Positions 13,545 through 27,700 are shown, numbered from the stretch's first letter. The stretch is 64,000 nucleotides of DNA from Eledone cirrhosa (GCA_964016885.1 OZ024742.1:148180001-148244000), one strand, 5' to 3'. Numbers and translations are program-made. The notes: generated by a model not told the origin, from the sequence alone.

Positions 13545-13710
13545 GCAAACCTTCTGAGTTCAAATCCCGCCGAGGTTAGATTTGCCTTTCATCCTTTCGG
13601 GATTGATAAAATACAGTACTAGTAATGCAGTGGTTCGATTTAATCGAACCCCCCCCCCCCTAAAAAAATGGTTGGCCTTGTGCCTAAAGTGGAAACAACT
13701 ATTATTATTA
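13545..13710 (+). mobile_element. SINE family B
   Basis: GAGTTCAAATCCCGCCGAGGTTAGATTTGCCTTTCATCCTTTCGGG ... GGCCTTGTGCCTAAAG. Confidence 0.8.
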
Positions 13711-13725
13711 GTAGGAGGAGGGTGG

Positions 13726-13915
13726 TGATTTGGCAGACAAAAGGTATTGTAGCATTTAGTTACGCCCTTTTACGTTCAAAGTTCAAATCCCGCAGAGGTC
13801 AGCTTTGCCATTTATCATTTCGAGGTCTATAAAATAAAGTGCCAGTCATGAATTGAGGTCGATATAATCCACCCATCCACACTCAATTAATGCCGTGCTT
13901 AAATTAGAAATCATT
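13726..13915 (+). mobile_element. SINE family B, diverged
   Basis: GTTCAAATCCCGCAGAGGTCAGCTTTGCC ... AAAATAAAGTGCCAGT. Confidence 0.7.
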
Positions 13916-14826
13916 ATTATTGTTGTTGTTATTTATCTGTATGTTTTCAACAGTCTTATGCAAGTTTTTACAGCACGATCAGCTTATTTTGCCAACTCCT
14001 TTCTGTTAGTATTTCAAAATACGGTATAATTTCATTGTATGAAAACCCTATCTCTCTCAGGCCCGTTGATTCTTTTTTTCATGATTAAACCTGGGCAGCC
14101 AGAAACACCGTAGTTATTTCTTCTCAACCTCGACACACCTTGTAGTTACTCTATTTTGACCCATAACAAGCTTTTAGTGGTATCTAACGGGAAACATTTG
14201 ATCCCGTGACAATGCTTCAAATCTCAATTTTGAGTCATGCGCTTCTTGGTCAGTCTTATGGTCTTCCTTGTTTATTTCTGCTCAGTTCCGATTTTTCGTA
14301 TTGATCATATAAGCGCTTTTCGTGCCGTCACTTTAGCATAGCATTTTGTAACTTCATCTTTAACACAGTATGTTTTTTTTTCATACTTTCTTTTGTTGAT
14401 TCTTCTTTCTCTTCAAAATTGTCAGTCATTTCAGACAGTTTTGTATTTCTTTGCTTCACTGAAGATAGAAAACAGTTTTATTTGTTTCGTTCGTGTTTTG
14501 CAACTACTTTTATTGATTTTTAAGTATTTGTAAGTCTGTTTGGTCTAATAATCTAATCCTTGTTTATTTATCTTGCGTGACAGTATTTTTAATTAATTTT
14601 CGTATAAACAAAGTTACCTTGGTGTTTTCTTTAAAAATCTAAATCTCATTCCCCAAGTAAATCCAGGTACTGTCTGTAGCAATGTTCAAGTTTATCATTT
14701 ACAGTGTACACATTGAAGTGCCTCGTATACAAAAGATAGTTAATCGTGGTTCCATATCATTTACAGTAGAATCCAATCTGGTTTAATATGTTTAACATTA
14801 TTATTTTTTATGTACTTATCATTATT

Positions 14827-15015
14827 GGGTAGCTTAATGGTTAGGGAGTTGGATTCGCAATCGTGAGGCTGCGTGTTCAATTCTCGGACCGGGTGATGCG
14901 TTGTCTCCTTGAGTAAGACACATTATTTTACGTTTCTCTTTCTGCCACAAGTTGCGATCGGTAGATAGTATTAGCAATGGAAACATTGTTTCCTTGGTCT
15001 GATTTGACGAGGTCC
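14827..15015 (+). mobile_element. SINE family A (CORE-like)
   Basis: tRNA-like head TAGCTTAATGG..GTTCAATTC, then CCTTGAGTAAGACAC; tail shared with 20-237. Confidence 0.8.
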
Positions 15016-15469
15016 ACCCCACTAGGCAAGCAAATGAGATCTGGAATCTTGTCAAACGAGCTATGTTCTTATCAGCAGTTTTATTGCATGTATTACCTGC
15101 ACAACCGAGCGCTGCTCTGCATGCTCTGAGCATTGTTTTATGTTGGGCATTTATTTCCTATTGTATTGAAATTACTCGATGTAATATGTGTGCAGTGCCT
15201 AGTTGTGTTATTTTAAATATGCTGAATATAACTGAAAGTCTATGTGCTTTGTGTATTTGTCTGCACCAATTATATCTCCACATTACTGCGCGTTGTGTTC
15301 AAGAATTGTCGTTTGGGGATTAGAATTATGTATTCTACATCCGTTTTACTTTAGGATTTAGTTTGTCGTTTCTGGTAATATTTTGGTATTTCGTCTATAT
15401 CGTCCTGCTGACCAACACCGCCCCGATAGCCGCTATAGATGCTTTGGCTATTCTAATAATATATTTATC

Positions 15470-15610
15470 ATATCTAGTGCTCCAGTTATTATCGCTTTTA
15501 CTTTCACGTTCTCTATTCTGCTTATTTCATTTTCAAGATTCTTGTACTTACAGTTTCGCTACCATCTTACTGACAACGATTTAATCAGAAGGAATAAGGA
15601 TATTTAGTAC
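15470..15610 (-). pseudogene. R4/Dong-like endonuclease C-terminal relic
   Basis: Manual translation gives KYKNLENEISRIENVKVKAIITGAL, similar to QYQDLKWEVKRIW..VPIVIGAL at 11.45 kb. Confidence 0.5.
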
Positions 15611-15673
15611 TGATTAAAAGGTTATCGATTAAAAAGGTTTGATTAAAAAGGTTATCGACCTTCATTATTATCA

Positions 15674-15852
15674 TTGGCAGTATCGGTAGAGGGTTGGACG
15701 CCATGCTTTCTAGCATAGTTACGTCCCTTTACGATCTGAGTTCAAATCCCGCCGAGGTTAACTTTGCCTTTCATTCATACGGGGGCGATAAAATAAAGTA
15801 CCAGTAATGTACTGGGTAATTGTTGGCCTTGTGCCAAAAGTTGAAACAATTA
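15674..15852 (+). mobile_element. SINE family B
   Basis: TGGCAGTATCGGTAGAGGG...GAGTTCAAATCCCGCCGAGGTTAACTTTGCC...GGCCTTGTGCCAAAAG. Confidence 0.85.
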
Positions 15853-16192
15853 TTATCATATTATTAGATTTTATTAGTATTATCACATTATTATTATTAT
15901 ATATCAGCTGGCAAAAGATATAGAGCATCAAACAAAATGTCTTGTGAAATTACGTGCCTTCACGTTCTAAATTGTAATTATACCGTGGTCAAATTTTGAT
16001 TCTAAGCTTTTCATATTCGATAAAATATATATTGAAATATTGGTGCCAATTTAATTCTCTGTTCTTTCTTTAAAATATATTTTACCTAAAATCAGAAATT
16101 CTTGGTGGTATTGTTCATAAGGTGTTTTAGTTTACTGGGTATGGAACATGTTGTTGATGATAGTAGTTGATTACAGTTGGTGTTATTTAGTG

Positions 16193-16376
16193 TTTGGCAG
16201 TATCGATATAGGGTCAAACGCCATGCTTTCCAGCATAGAGTTATGTCCCTTTATCTCTGAGTTCAAATCCCACCGAGGTTAACTTTGTCTTTCTTCCTTA
16301 CGGGGTCGATAAAATAAAGTAGCAGTAATGCACTGGGATAATTGCTAGCCTTGTACCAAAAAGTAGAAACAGTTAT
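16193..16376 (+). mobile_element. SINE family B
   Basis: Same consensus as 15674-15852. Confidence 0.85.
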
Positions 16377-17359
16377 TTAGTGTTTCTTTACCAGAAAGAC
16401 AAAGTGAAATGATGGTTTTGGAGTGTGCTAATTTTAGTCTGTTTGGAATTTTTTCTATGTTATTGGAGGATGTTTGTATAGCTATGTGTAAGAAATTGTG
16501 AGAGGAGTTGACTGGGATGTTGCCTGCATATAAAGCTGTGTGAGTATTTAACAGAAGTATAGGAAGCTCGTATAGAAGCAAGTTATCGAAGGTGTGTGGG
16601 ATTACGGATCTTGTGATACACCATTAGTGAAATTGCGGATTCTAAATATGTTATTAGAATATAGAAATAAGCTTAGTGAGTTACAAACTAGTTGGTCAGC
16701 AGTATGTATTTTTGTTCAAAATGTATTTATCATTATTTTATGAGTGAATGAAGTCAAAATCTTCGCTGGTGGCAATGGTAATAAGAACAGTGAATGCTGG
16801 GTGTTTTCTTTTGAAGAATGCATGTGAAAATTGTGGTAGAGTGAGAATTGAGTGTAACAGTCTGAATCCACGCTGGGCGTTAGAAATAAGTATACCTGAG
16901 CTGGTTATGTTTAGAATAAATCTTGCTGTATTTTAGGGTGTGTATAGTTGGATGATACGTCAGTCAGATACAATTTCGCTAATGTAATTAATTTCCCCAG
17001 GTTCTGGATTTTATGGATTTGGCAATTTTACTATATGAGGAGTTCGGTGAATGCAGTAACTGATGTCTTTGAGATTTTACATTTCTCTATTGATTTTTTC
17101 GTTGTTGATGAAAGGAATAGTTTAAGTCGTATTCTAAGTAGTGAGCTCATATCTTACATTTTGTGTTTCTGTCGTTTTGTGTAGTTTCTGGTGGCTACTG
17201 CTTTAAATAAATATGTTTGCTTGTTACTATCTCCTGGTGAAGTTGGGTTATATTGATTAAAGTTATTATTTTGATATGGTGTGGCCTTTGTTGATGTTGT
17301 AAATCACACTATATAGTATTTACTGTTAGTTTTGTTGTTTATGTTAAAGCAATGTTGTG

Positions 17360-19720
17360 TAGGCTACATGAATAAAATTAAATACTTAGATAACAATAAT
17401 ATGCAAAATCATCCTAAAACTTACTATAATAATAATAATAAGCAATTTAACATAAATAGTAAATCAAACAAAAGAACTAAAACTAGAAATATTATTTGGT
17501 ACTCTCCCCCAGTCTCATTAGGAGTTAAAACACCTGTAGCAAACTTATTTTTCAAAGCATTAGATATGTGTTTTCCTAAATTCCATAGATACCACTCTAT
17601 TTTTAACAGACATACTATAAAACTATCTTACTCTACTACTATGAACATAGCACAAAATATTAATAGAATTAATAACTTAAATTTAAACACAAACCAAATA
17701 AACCAAAATAACAATATTAATATTACTAATAACAGTATTAATGACAATCGTACCGTTCCTATAGACAACAACTCTAGAAAATGTAACTGTAGAAACGAAT
17801 TAAATTGCCCGTTACAGAATAACTGCCCCAATAAAAACTTAGTCTATAAATTCATAGTAAAACTAGATATAAAACATATAACTATATAGGAGCCACTTCT
17901 ACAAAATTTAAGGAACGCTGGTATAATCACAAACATACATTTAATAGATCAGATAAAAGATTTTCAACATCACTCTCACATCTAATTTGGTACTTAAAAG
18001 ACAATTATATTGACTATTCAATCTCTTGGGGAACTATTTCGAAAGCGCCCGCATACAGAAATATGGCTCTCTCAAGAATTTGTCATTTGTGTATTGAGGA
18101 AATATTTCATATACTTACCAATCAAAACTCTATTAATAAAAAGAAAGAAATATTCAACTCTTGTAGGCATCGCCTAAAACGTTCAGAAGTATCTATAATC
18201 TATAGAAAATATCATATATATCTCACTTGTTTACATTTTATGTCTTCACTATGTTTTGTTGATGTTTTGTGGCGTTTTTTAAATGATATTTTTCAAATGA
18301 TATTCTTTTTAAAGGGTTTTTTAAATGCTATTTTGAAATAAATCTTTTTTGTGATAGTTTTAATGATGTTTCTGAATTTACTTTTGATGTCTGTAATATT
18401 TCTTCCTAATAGACTATACAGACATTAACATATGCATAGATGTAAGTAATGCTATCTAAATACATATGTAAAAGAATTTTTATCTTAGAACATATGTAAT
18501 ATAGGATTCTTTAAAATCATATACAAAATAATATATAAAATTTTTATACATATGTTTTATATATATCTTAAATACATATATCTTAATTGAATATTTTCTT
18601 AAAGTAAATTCTAGTATAAACGACAAATGTAACTTAACTATTTTAACTAAGAAATATTGGAGTTATCTTTTCCTTTATAATGTAAAACGCTTAAACATTT
18701 CTTCTAAGTAACAACTAAACTTTACATAAATATTAAATGTTCTGTATAATTTCGTTAACTTCGTAAATTTTGTAAATGTATTCCTATCTAGATGGAACTA
18801 TAGAATGTACAAAATAATCTTCTATAATAAAATTAGAACTACTTCTTTTTCTTAACTATATATTGAAAATGTAAACAAGAAATTCATCAAAACCCTTAAC
18901 ATATATAAAAAATATTTAAATTATCTATCTATTGATAAAAACAACATATATACTCACCAAAATTATTTATATAAATAACCTGTTGTAATATAATAAAGTA
19001 AAATATACTTACAACCTTAATTCCTCATAAAATATACTTATAAATATTATTTATATTATAACTCACGATTAGAATAGATCCAATATTTAGTAGTATCTCT
19101 CAATTTTTAAAATTGGTATTCTACCACCTCAACACATTTATAATTCTCATTTTATTTTATAGATACAACCAAAATATATAATTATATAATTAAATAAATA
19201 AATATAATTATTTCACTCTCTTTACACCATCACTGATATGATCCAGACAATTATATTTTAATAATACAGTAATAGTCTATTTCTAACTATAATATATTAT
19301 TTTCTTATATTCATTCCTTAAATTTTCTTATAACCTAATATTATAATATTAATATTAACCACTCTCTCTTCTTCCCTTAAAAAATTATCCCAATAATTAT
19401 TTAAACTTACCTATCGTCTAAATATAACGATCTTTTTCAACTTCACGTCAGTCTCATTAACATATTCATCCTAAGATTTGAAATTTCTTTCACTATTCAA
19501 ACAGAACTTAAAAATATAAGTTCTTGTTTTTTGGATATGTCACTATTTATAAAACAACTTTTGTATTTTATCTGATGAGAGCGTACCAAAATTTTGGTAC
19601 CCTTGAAATATATATAATAAATATTGTTAAAAAGACTCCAGTTGCATTTTCGATTTCTTTTCCTTATACTTTCACTCGTGTAGGGCATCTCGTTTTTTTA
19701 TTTTAAAAACTCCTCATTTT

Positions 19721-19723
<3 letters not shown>
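17360..19723 (+). mobile_element. 5'-truncated Penelope-like element (linker, GIY-YIG, AT-rich 3' UTR with hammerhead)
   Basis: RNIIWYSPP..IFNRHTIKLSYST; CxCx5Cx5C linker (CNCRNELNCPLQNNC); frameshifted YIGATSTKFKERWYNH; C-terminal CHLC..CRH; ends at (TA)n. Confidence 0.85.
19567..19621 (+). ncRNA. Type I hammerhead ribozyme
   Basis: tttat-CTGATGA-gagcgtaccaaaattttggtaccctt-GAAA-tatata-TA-ataaa; helix II closes on a G-U pair and has one C-C mismatch. Confidence 0.75.
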
Positions 19724-19776
<53 letters not shown>

Positions 19777-21110
19777 CAACATATATATTATATTCCTTCA
19801 TTTCCCTGCAAAGCGTTTGGATTGTGTCTTTCATAGTTGTTTAGTCTTACAATCTGGCACCGAATGAAGCTAAGAAGAATACAAAACTTGAATCTTAGAA
19901 AGACTATATGAGGGAAATATAGATCGGTCTATTTGATTTGGTTTCTCTCGTGTATAAAAATTGTTATTAGCATGATACTCCGTCTGATCTTTTATTGAAA
20001 ATTAAGAACATTCACAACTCTTAATCCATTGGTAGTCTAAAAGCTAATGAACTCTAGTTAAATTACAGATTGCGAGAAATTAAATTCTTTACAAATTTAA
20101 GACAATTGGAATTAAGTCTAGAGAAATCTAAAGAATTCTATAGAAATTAGGCTCTTTAGAAAACATTATATGAATAGAAAACTATAAGGAATTGTAGCAA
20201 TTAAAAGAGACTCCTATAACTGTGGCTTAGATAACAGAATATTGAATACTCTAGCTATTTCTATAAATGAAGACACAATAAGATTTATTTCTTTTTACGA
20301 TAATACTCAAAACTAATCAAAATTAATGTTATAAATCATTTTATAGGGCACAACACCAGGATGTAACAATACACATGAACCAGGGGGCGGAATATCTATG
20401 TGTATGAATGACATACACATATACGTAGAGCTATGCACGTATGGAAATGTACTTTTTGGTTGCATTAATACCAACATTTAATCATTTCTTTTTCAAAGAT
20501 AAATTATCCTTCTTTTACTTCAAAATACTTTTATGAATCGAGCGAACTTCTATCTCGCTATTGACTCGTATATCTTCTTTCTTTTCTATACACTAAATGA
20601 CTTTTCTTTGAAAATGTCAACCAAGAACGCCGAAGAACACATTTGTTTTTTAATACCATACATCCACTGTAATAGTCCTAATATGAGCTTACATTGCGTT
20701 TTTAATAGTACATTACGTTTTTTGTTGTTGCTTATTCTATTATTTTGTTTATATGCTCCTCTTTATTGTTCTTTTCTTAACTCCTATGTGCTAATTTTCT
20801 CTCATTCTCCTCTTTAACCGTTTATTTCTTTTTGTCTGCCTACTCTCTTCACATCTTTGCATCATCTAGTCATTTTCTCTCCGGCTCAAAAATAATACTT
20901 CTTGCAATATCTTCTTTCTTTAATCCTTTTGGTGCCAAAATATATATTTGTACATTCTTTGCCTTTGTAATTCGAAACTATTTTACAATCAATCAAGTAG
21001 TATACTATGGGTACGGGAACAAGCTAAGCTAAACATCATATTATGGGAACATTTAACATTGCTTTATAATGGGATACAAGTAATACTTTGATAAGTACAT
21101 ACTCACAACA

Positions 21111-21203
<93 letters not shown>

Positions 21204-21499
21204 ATAAATATATATCATATATATATACGTATGCTGACGGTCGAATAATAATAAAGAAGATGAATGTGTAGACGAAGCTTTAAAGTCTTCTTGCGTTCTC
21301 CAGCCAATTTCTTGAATGGTATTGAGGGCGATCAGCTGAAACACGTAGGGATCATCTTTTTCTTTTTTTTTACCAACATGATACTAAATTTGATATCCAT
21401 ATTTGTAACAAAATTTCTTCGTCGTTTGAGCTTTAATTCACGAACCTTTTATTATGTATAAAAAATTACAAATTCATCCGTTGGGGAGATGTTAGACAA

Positions 21500-21930
21500 G
21501 GCAAAATTCCATAACATAGCTTCGTTTATTTTCTAAAAGTGATTTAAGAAGTGTGTGGTCGAGTGTTATTATGCAGCAGAATTGATACATCTCTGTTAAC
21601 CACTTTTGACAGATTTGGTTTGGAGTAATTGATTACCCAGGTTTCGAAAACGAGTGATGTGTCCCGATTTTTGAAAATCAACATAGAGTTACCATAGCCA
21701 TTTTTTAGGACAGCTGTTGCTTTGGAAAATATTTTGGAGATTCGTCTGCATCTAATCATTGCACAGATCATTTATCATTGTCAAACAATATCAGTTTCCT
21801 CCCACAAATAACGAAACTGTGCAACAAATTTTCATTTTTACTGAAAATTAGCAACGTCGAAAACATTTCTAGATACAACAATTTCTTATCCTAAGTAAAT
21901 TAGTGTGGAAGCCATTTATCCTGCATCTTC
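21500..21930 (-). pseudogene. Possible Tc1/mariner transposase relic
   Basis: VVNRDVSILLHNNTRPHTS resembles the mariner motif LVNRKGPILLHDNARPH; otherwise highly decayed. Confidence 0.4.
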
Positions 21931-22399
21931 AACATATATATATGTATATTCACACACACACACAGACAATATAATAACTCACATGAATACACCAATTTCG
22001 CATATATATATTCAATTTATAACGAAATTACACATTTGTCGGGTTATTTGTCGGTTTCACTTGGAAGTCATACTTTAAAATATTTTATATATTCCCAAAT
22101 ATGTTTAAAATATCTATGTTCGATAGTTCGACTTTCATACATAATGCATTCTTGGCGACTATTTAAATCACTATATTACTGATGCGTTAATAGTTGTTGT
22201 TTTTTTAAAATAGTATATTGTGCTATTTAATAAAACTGAAAATAGATCAGAATTTACAGTTTCATCTGTCAAATCTTCAGAAGTATAAAGAGAAACAATG
22301 AAAAACATTTCATATATACTAAAATTTAGGAATTGAAGGAAAATAGGAATGAAATATTAATATTGGAATAAAGGTGAGAGACGGTAGAGGATGTAGTTG

Positions 22400-23745
22400 A
22401 TAACGAGTTAATTCAAGAAACAATCTATCGAATATTTAGAAAACGGTTATTTAATCTGAATACAACTGCTCTCAAAACAGTAGATAAGTTTGTTTACTTG
22501 GGATCCACAATATTTAGCTCACGGCATTCTCCAGCGACAACCTGGTGCAGTCTGCGACTAACCCTGGCTCTGCTGCACTTAGGGCTGAGGAGGGTAAACT
22601 CTCCAACTATCTGTCGCTCTCCGACAGGTTTACGGTTGCACCCGTAGCAGTGAATCTGGTGTCCTTGGCCCTAGGGCCCCATCCCTACTTACCACCATCG
22701 GCACAGAGTTGGCTAGCCGCAGATGTGAGCTTCACGATTTGGAATGGCTCTTCCAGCCCGTCTCCTTCACCATCCTCCGTTAAAACGCATTCTCTATTTT
22801 GTCCGCCGGGGTCGCGGGGCGGTCGCGCGTGGGCCCCCATTTATTCACAATAGTGAGAGATGGGGAGAGCTGGAGAGATGGAGACAGTGACAGTGGGAGT
22901 TTCGGTTTCTTTTGTGTTAGGACCTGGTGTATATGTATATATTTCAGAAAAACAGAAGCAGAATATAACTCAACATTAAATGTCACCTTACATAAATATG
23001 ACATTTTAGCTCGCTATCTCTTGATGAAGAACTGAATAGAAGAATTGGTAAAGCTACAGCAACCTTTGGGAAACTCAGCAAAGGGTTTAGGAAGCTCAAA
23101 TCGAAGATTAAAATTCTGTTCTACTAGATGTGTGTCCTTTCAACTCTTCTATATGGGAGTGAAACTTGGACAATGTGCTCTGTTTAAGGAAGATCCTCAA
23201 CATCAAATGACAAGATAAAATCCCCGATATAGAAATGTTCTGGAGAGCAGATGTTCCCTCATTCTACCCTATTCTTAGATCCAGTTGACTGAGATGGTTT
23301 CGTCATATCTTACGAAGGGATGAATCTAGAATTACGAAGCAAGTGTTGTATAGAGAACTAGCAGGTGGAAGAAGGAGGAGCACAGGACGTTCTAAGCTGC
23401 ACTTCAAAGACCAATGTAAAACTACTTTGAAAGAGATCTGCATTGATGAAGGGAAATGAGAAGAGTCATCGAAGGACCGTGGCAATTGGAGATCAGCTGT
23501 ATATAGAGGAGACAAAGTATTTGAAAATTTGTGCATCCAACATGTTGTTGATGCAAGATAAAGATGGAAGTTCCCCACCTTCCTAGAAACTACTGCTTCA
23601 ACATTGCTCTACTGTGCGTATTGTAAAAAGCCATGTCGAGCGTTCATAGAACTAAACAGCCACGAAATGCGTTGTTCAGAAATAAGTCAGTTGAGAAGAA
23701 TTACGAAGTATCGTCTCTGCAAGACCTCTGATCACCGACAAAAAG
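22400..23745 (+). mobile_element. RTE (BovB-like) LINE 3' remnant, split by a CRE insertion
   Basis: VDKFVYLGSTI, then after the insert SLDEELNRRIGKATATFGKL..LLYGSETWT; terminal CAYCKKPCRAFIELNSHEMRC zinc finger. Confidence 0.8.
22521..23004 (+). mobile_element. CRE-clade retrotransposon 3' fragment
   Basis: PGSAALRAEEGKLSNYLSLSDRFTVAPVAV..NAFSIL motif; flanked by 8-bp direct repeat TTTAGCTC (22513-22520, 23005-23012). Confidence 0.7.
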
Positions 23746-23934
23746 AGATAGGTATAGGGAGAAAATCAGCCTGACATTACGTTAGTCTTTCACTTTATTT
23801 CATAGAATAATGTTTTTGTTGGATTCCGACCACGATTCCGACCACGAGTGCTCCAGATGATTCACTCAGTGAAATTGCTTATTCATGAAATTATTGTGTG
23901 ACTGAGAATTTCAAAGACTTGTATCCTGAGACAT

Positions 23935-24101
23935 AGTTCTCAGGGAGATTCAGCGTGAGACAATGTATGACGAAGCTGGTCCCTTGAATTACAGGTACAA
24001 TACAGTTTTGTCAGCTGATTGGACTGGAGTAACGTGAAATAAAGTGTCTTGCTCATGGACAGAGTGCAGCACCCAGTCCAGGAATCGAACTCAAGACCTT
24101 A
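23935..24101 (-). mobile_element. SINE family A variant
   Basis: CGTGAAATAAAGTGTCTTGCTCA..GTCCAGGAATCGAACTCA shared with 125-185, with a different tail. Confidence 0.75.
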
Positions 24102-24149
24102 AGTAGTAGATAGATATGTAGGCAGGCAGACAGGTAGGTAGGTATAATA

Positions 24150-24328
24150 ATTGTTTCTACTTTTGGCACAAGGCCAGCAATTACTCAGTCCATTACTGGT
24201 ACTTTATTTTAGCGACCCCGTAAGGATGAAAGGCAAAGTTAACCTCGGCGGGATTTGAACTCAGAATAGCAAGGGCCGTAACTCTATGCGTCAAAGCATG
24301 GTGTCCGAACCTCTACCGATACTGCCAA
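24150..24328 (-). mobile_element. SINE family B
   Basis: Reverse complement of the family B consensus. Confidence 0.85.
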
Positions 24329-24702
24329 AATATTATTTTATCAATACGGGGGTTTAAATCCCCGTATTGATAAAAGAAATTACAGATTTACCTACTTGCA
24401 CATTGAGGATTACCCCGTTTGATGGATGCACTCAATTTAGCAAAGAACTTTACAACAATTACTGCTTTCAATTTCATCGTGTTACACTCTAAATCTTCAT
24501 ATATTCGCTACATTACACCTCCAGGACCCCCCCCCCCCCACACACAATTCGAACATGTGTGCGTGTGTGTGTGTTATAGCAAACATTAATTTTATTTCAG
24601 CAGTCATATTCCATATAAGGATGTGTCCAGCTACTTATTTAACTTCGACATATTTACCCATCTAACTACCTACCTACGCATGATTTGAACCATTTATCTA
24701 TC

Positions 24703-27700
24703 AATATCTCGAAGAGGCCGTCTGTCTATCCTCGGATGGTGTAGACGTAGGTAACTTCAGCTCCTGCCATTTTGGAATATTTTACGTGTTAACAATAAGT
24801 GTTTGTTTGTATTTTGTGTCCCCGTGTGAATTAACCTCCCGCCTAAGTTTGTAATTTCATTTTTACCCCTTTTGGGGGTAAAAACTACATTTAAAAAATG
24901 TTTGTTGACGTATATGTCAATAATGGACGCCATGAACAACAACAACTCTGCCACGCCCGAATGTAATTGAAACTTCCCCCCTCTCACTTTCAAATACGAT
25001 TATGCACAATGTTTCTACTGTAAATTGTGAAAATGTGGGTAAAAACCCCCAAAATGTTAACATAAAATTGTATGAAAATACAAACGACACAAACACCAAC
25101 AACGCCAACACACAGAAACTGCAAAACAACATCAACATGGACAAAGAAAACACAGAAAAAATAGAAAAAAGCAACGAAAAAGAAAACAACGAGTACAAGG
25201 ATAATGGAAAGATTTCCTTTGCCCAAACTACGAAAAAAAACCTTGAATACCTGCCAGTAGACATAAGCAACGCTAAGGAACTACTAGCAGAAGCCAAAAA
25301 ATACATAGTATACGGGGAAAATGGATCATTTTCGCCCCCCCCCCCCCCCCGGAACTAAAAAGTCAGAGAGTATTAAAAACAGTGATGTTTAGGACAGTGT
25401 TAAATAAAACGAAAAGACCAGCTCAACCATCACAGAGTGAGATAGAGTTGGTCTTAAAAGATGTAATGAAAGACATTCTGTTCATACAAAAGGATATATT
25501 CTATGGGAGTCTATCCATTCTCATGAGGGACCTTTTAAGCTATCCAGAGATGCTCATGGTTGGCTATTCGGATCACAAATTAGTGACCTGCATACTCAAC
25601 CTTGATAGAACCCATAGACAGGGACCCGGTTACTGGAAACTGAACTTGTCCTTACCGGCAAGTAAAGTGTACAGGGACCGGATTAGTACTTTAGTTAAGG
25701 AGCAGGTGGCGGGAGCGATCGTCAACAGCGGGTGGTGGGGATCTCTCAAAAGAGAGATTAGAGTAGTTTCAATAGGATTTAGTAAGGAGTTAGCCTCAAA
25801 TAGAAATAAGAAGGAAAGGGAGTTGGAAGATAGTGTAGAAGAGGCAATTAGAAGCGGCGACGTGGCCAGAGTGCTAGCGTCGAGAACGGCCTTGGGCCAG
25901 TTCTTTGACGCGAAGCACGAAGACTGCGTTGTCCGAAGCAAAATACGTGCTCTAGGAAACGAGGGGACCAAAGCTGTTAGCTGGGCCCGCGTGACAGAAG
26001 CCAAAAGAGGGATTAGATCCACTATCCGATCTTTGCGAGACCAGGATGGACGGGTGATCCTTGAACTTAAGCAGATGTGTGAGGCCTTTCAAAGGCACTT
26101 TACCCGATTATTCGGGAGAGGCGGGAGGTCGGATGGAGATGTGGACTTCGGTCCATACCTAGACGGCCTGCCGCGTCTTTCGGACGAGGAGACGAAGTCC
26201 TGCGAGGGGCCGATTTCAGCTGCTGAAATAGGGACGATCCCCGGGTCTCGATTGTCTTCCATACGAACTATATCTAGCTATGCCGGATTTGTTCCCCGAT
26301 CTCCTCGAGGCGGTCTACTGCAACTGGCGACAGAACGGGACAATTCCCTGTTCTGTGACCAAGGGCGTAGTCTCGCAAGTGAGGAAGGACGAGAACAAGT
26401 GGGACGAAATAAGTAATTTCAGGCCCATAACTCTGCTAAATGCAGAGTTAAAGATTTTGGCCAAGGTGTTAGCAAAGAGGTTGGCGCTTGTCGTGGGCAA
26501 CCTGGTGGAAGATGCGCAGACATGTGCTATCCCGTCCAGGTCCATCTACGACAAACTACACCTTATGCAATACATCATAGAGAGGGTTGGGAACGAACCC
26601 GGCTTTCGTGGGGCCCTGATCAACTTGGATCAATCTAAGGCGTTCGATAGGGTCGACCATGGTTACCTGGATGCGGTGCTAGCGGCGGCAGGTTTCGGAC
26701 CCGTTTTCAGGGGCTGGATCACTGCCATGCACAGCAGCCGCATCTGCTCTAGAGTCAAGGTGAACGGCTACTTCTCGGAGCCGTTCGGCTACCTCCCGGA
26801 GCCGTTCGAAATCCCGCGGTCCATCCGACAGGGGTGCCCTTTGTCCTCCCTTCTGTATGTATTGGCCCTCGAGCCACTGCTGCGGAAGTTGGAGTTGTTG
26901 CAGGGCATCCCTTTGGAACCGGGATTGCGGAAAGCGGTGTCGGCCTACGCCGATGACATAACAGTAATGGTGTCGACCAACTCGAAAATCGGGAAAATCG
27001 GGAAAATCGAAACCTTATTGGAGGAGTACGAAAGGTTTACAGGGGCTAAGCTGAACCGGGACAAGTCGATCGGTTTGCAACTCGGCACGTGGAGGGGCAA
27101 ACCGATGCCCTCCGATGGCGTCGTCGGACGCTGGACGGAGGGTACGGTGAAGTTGCTCGGGGTCTGGTTCGGACCAGACCTCCAGGTGGAGAAGAACTGG
27201 GGTGAGGTAACGAACAGGGTGTTTGCACTGACCTAGAAGTGGGCCGAGTGCAAACTATCCCTGAAAGGTCGGGCGGAGGTGGTGAGGAGATCAATCTGCT
27301 GTCAACACCCTTCGAAAGGAGGGCTGGGGAAGCCGAAGCTGCTGATGCCTAAACATGCATTAAGGCTACGGCACCTCCAGGTATTACTCACCGATCAACC
27401 AGTGTGGGCCCCGTTTGTGGGACGAACCTTTCCGAGACTCGTCTCACTCACCGAGCTGCAATCTTGGGTCAAGCAAAGACCGAGAAAACTGGGCGCCTGG
27501 CACACCGAGTGTGCCCAGGCGCTCACGGCACTCTGGCAGGCGGACCTGGCTATCAGTGGAGACTCCACCTCGACATTCTATAGAGGGCTGGTGCGCAGCA
27601 GGTGCGACAACGCCCTCAGAGAAGTCCTGTTCGGTAGGACATTTAGCCCGGGACCTATGGACAACTTCCAGAGGTCTCTGGCCTGGCAGTGCTACCGAGG

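Noticed and set aside
22245-22285. Minus-strand CTGAAGA...GAAA-ctg-TA
   Set aside because: Helix II and helix I are too weak to distinguish from chance.
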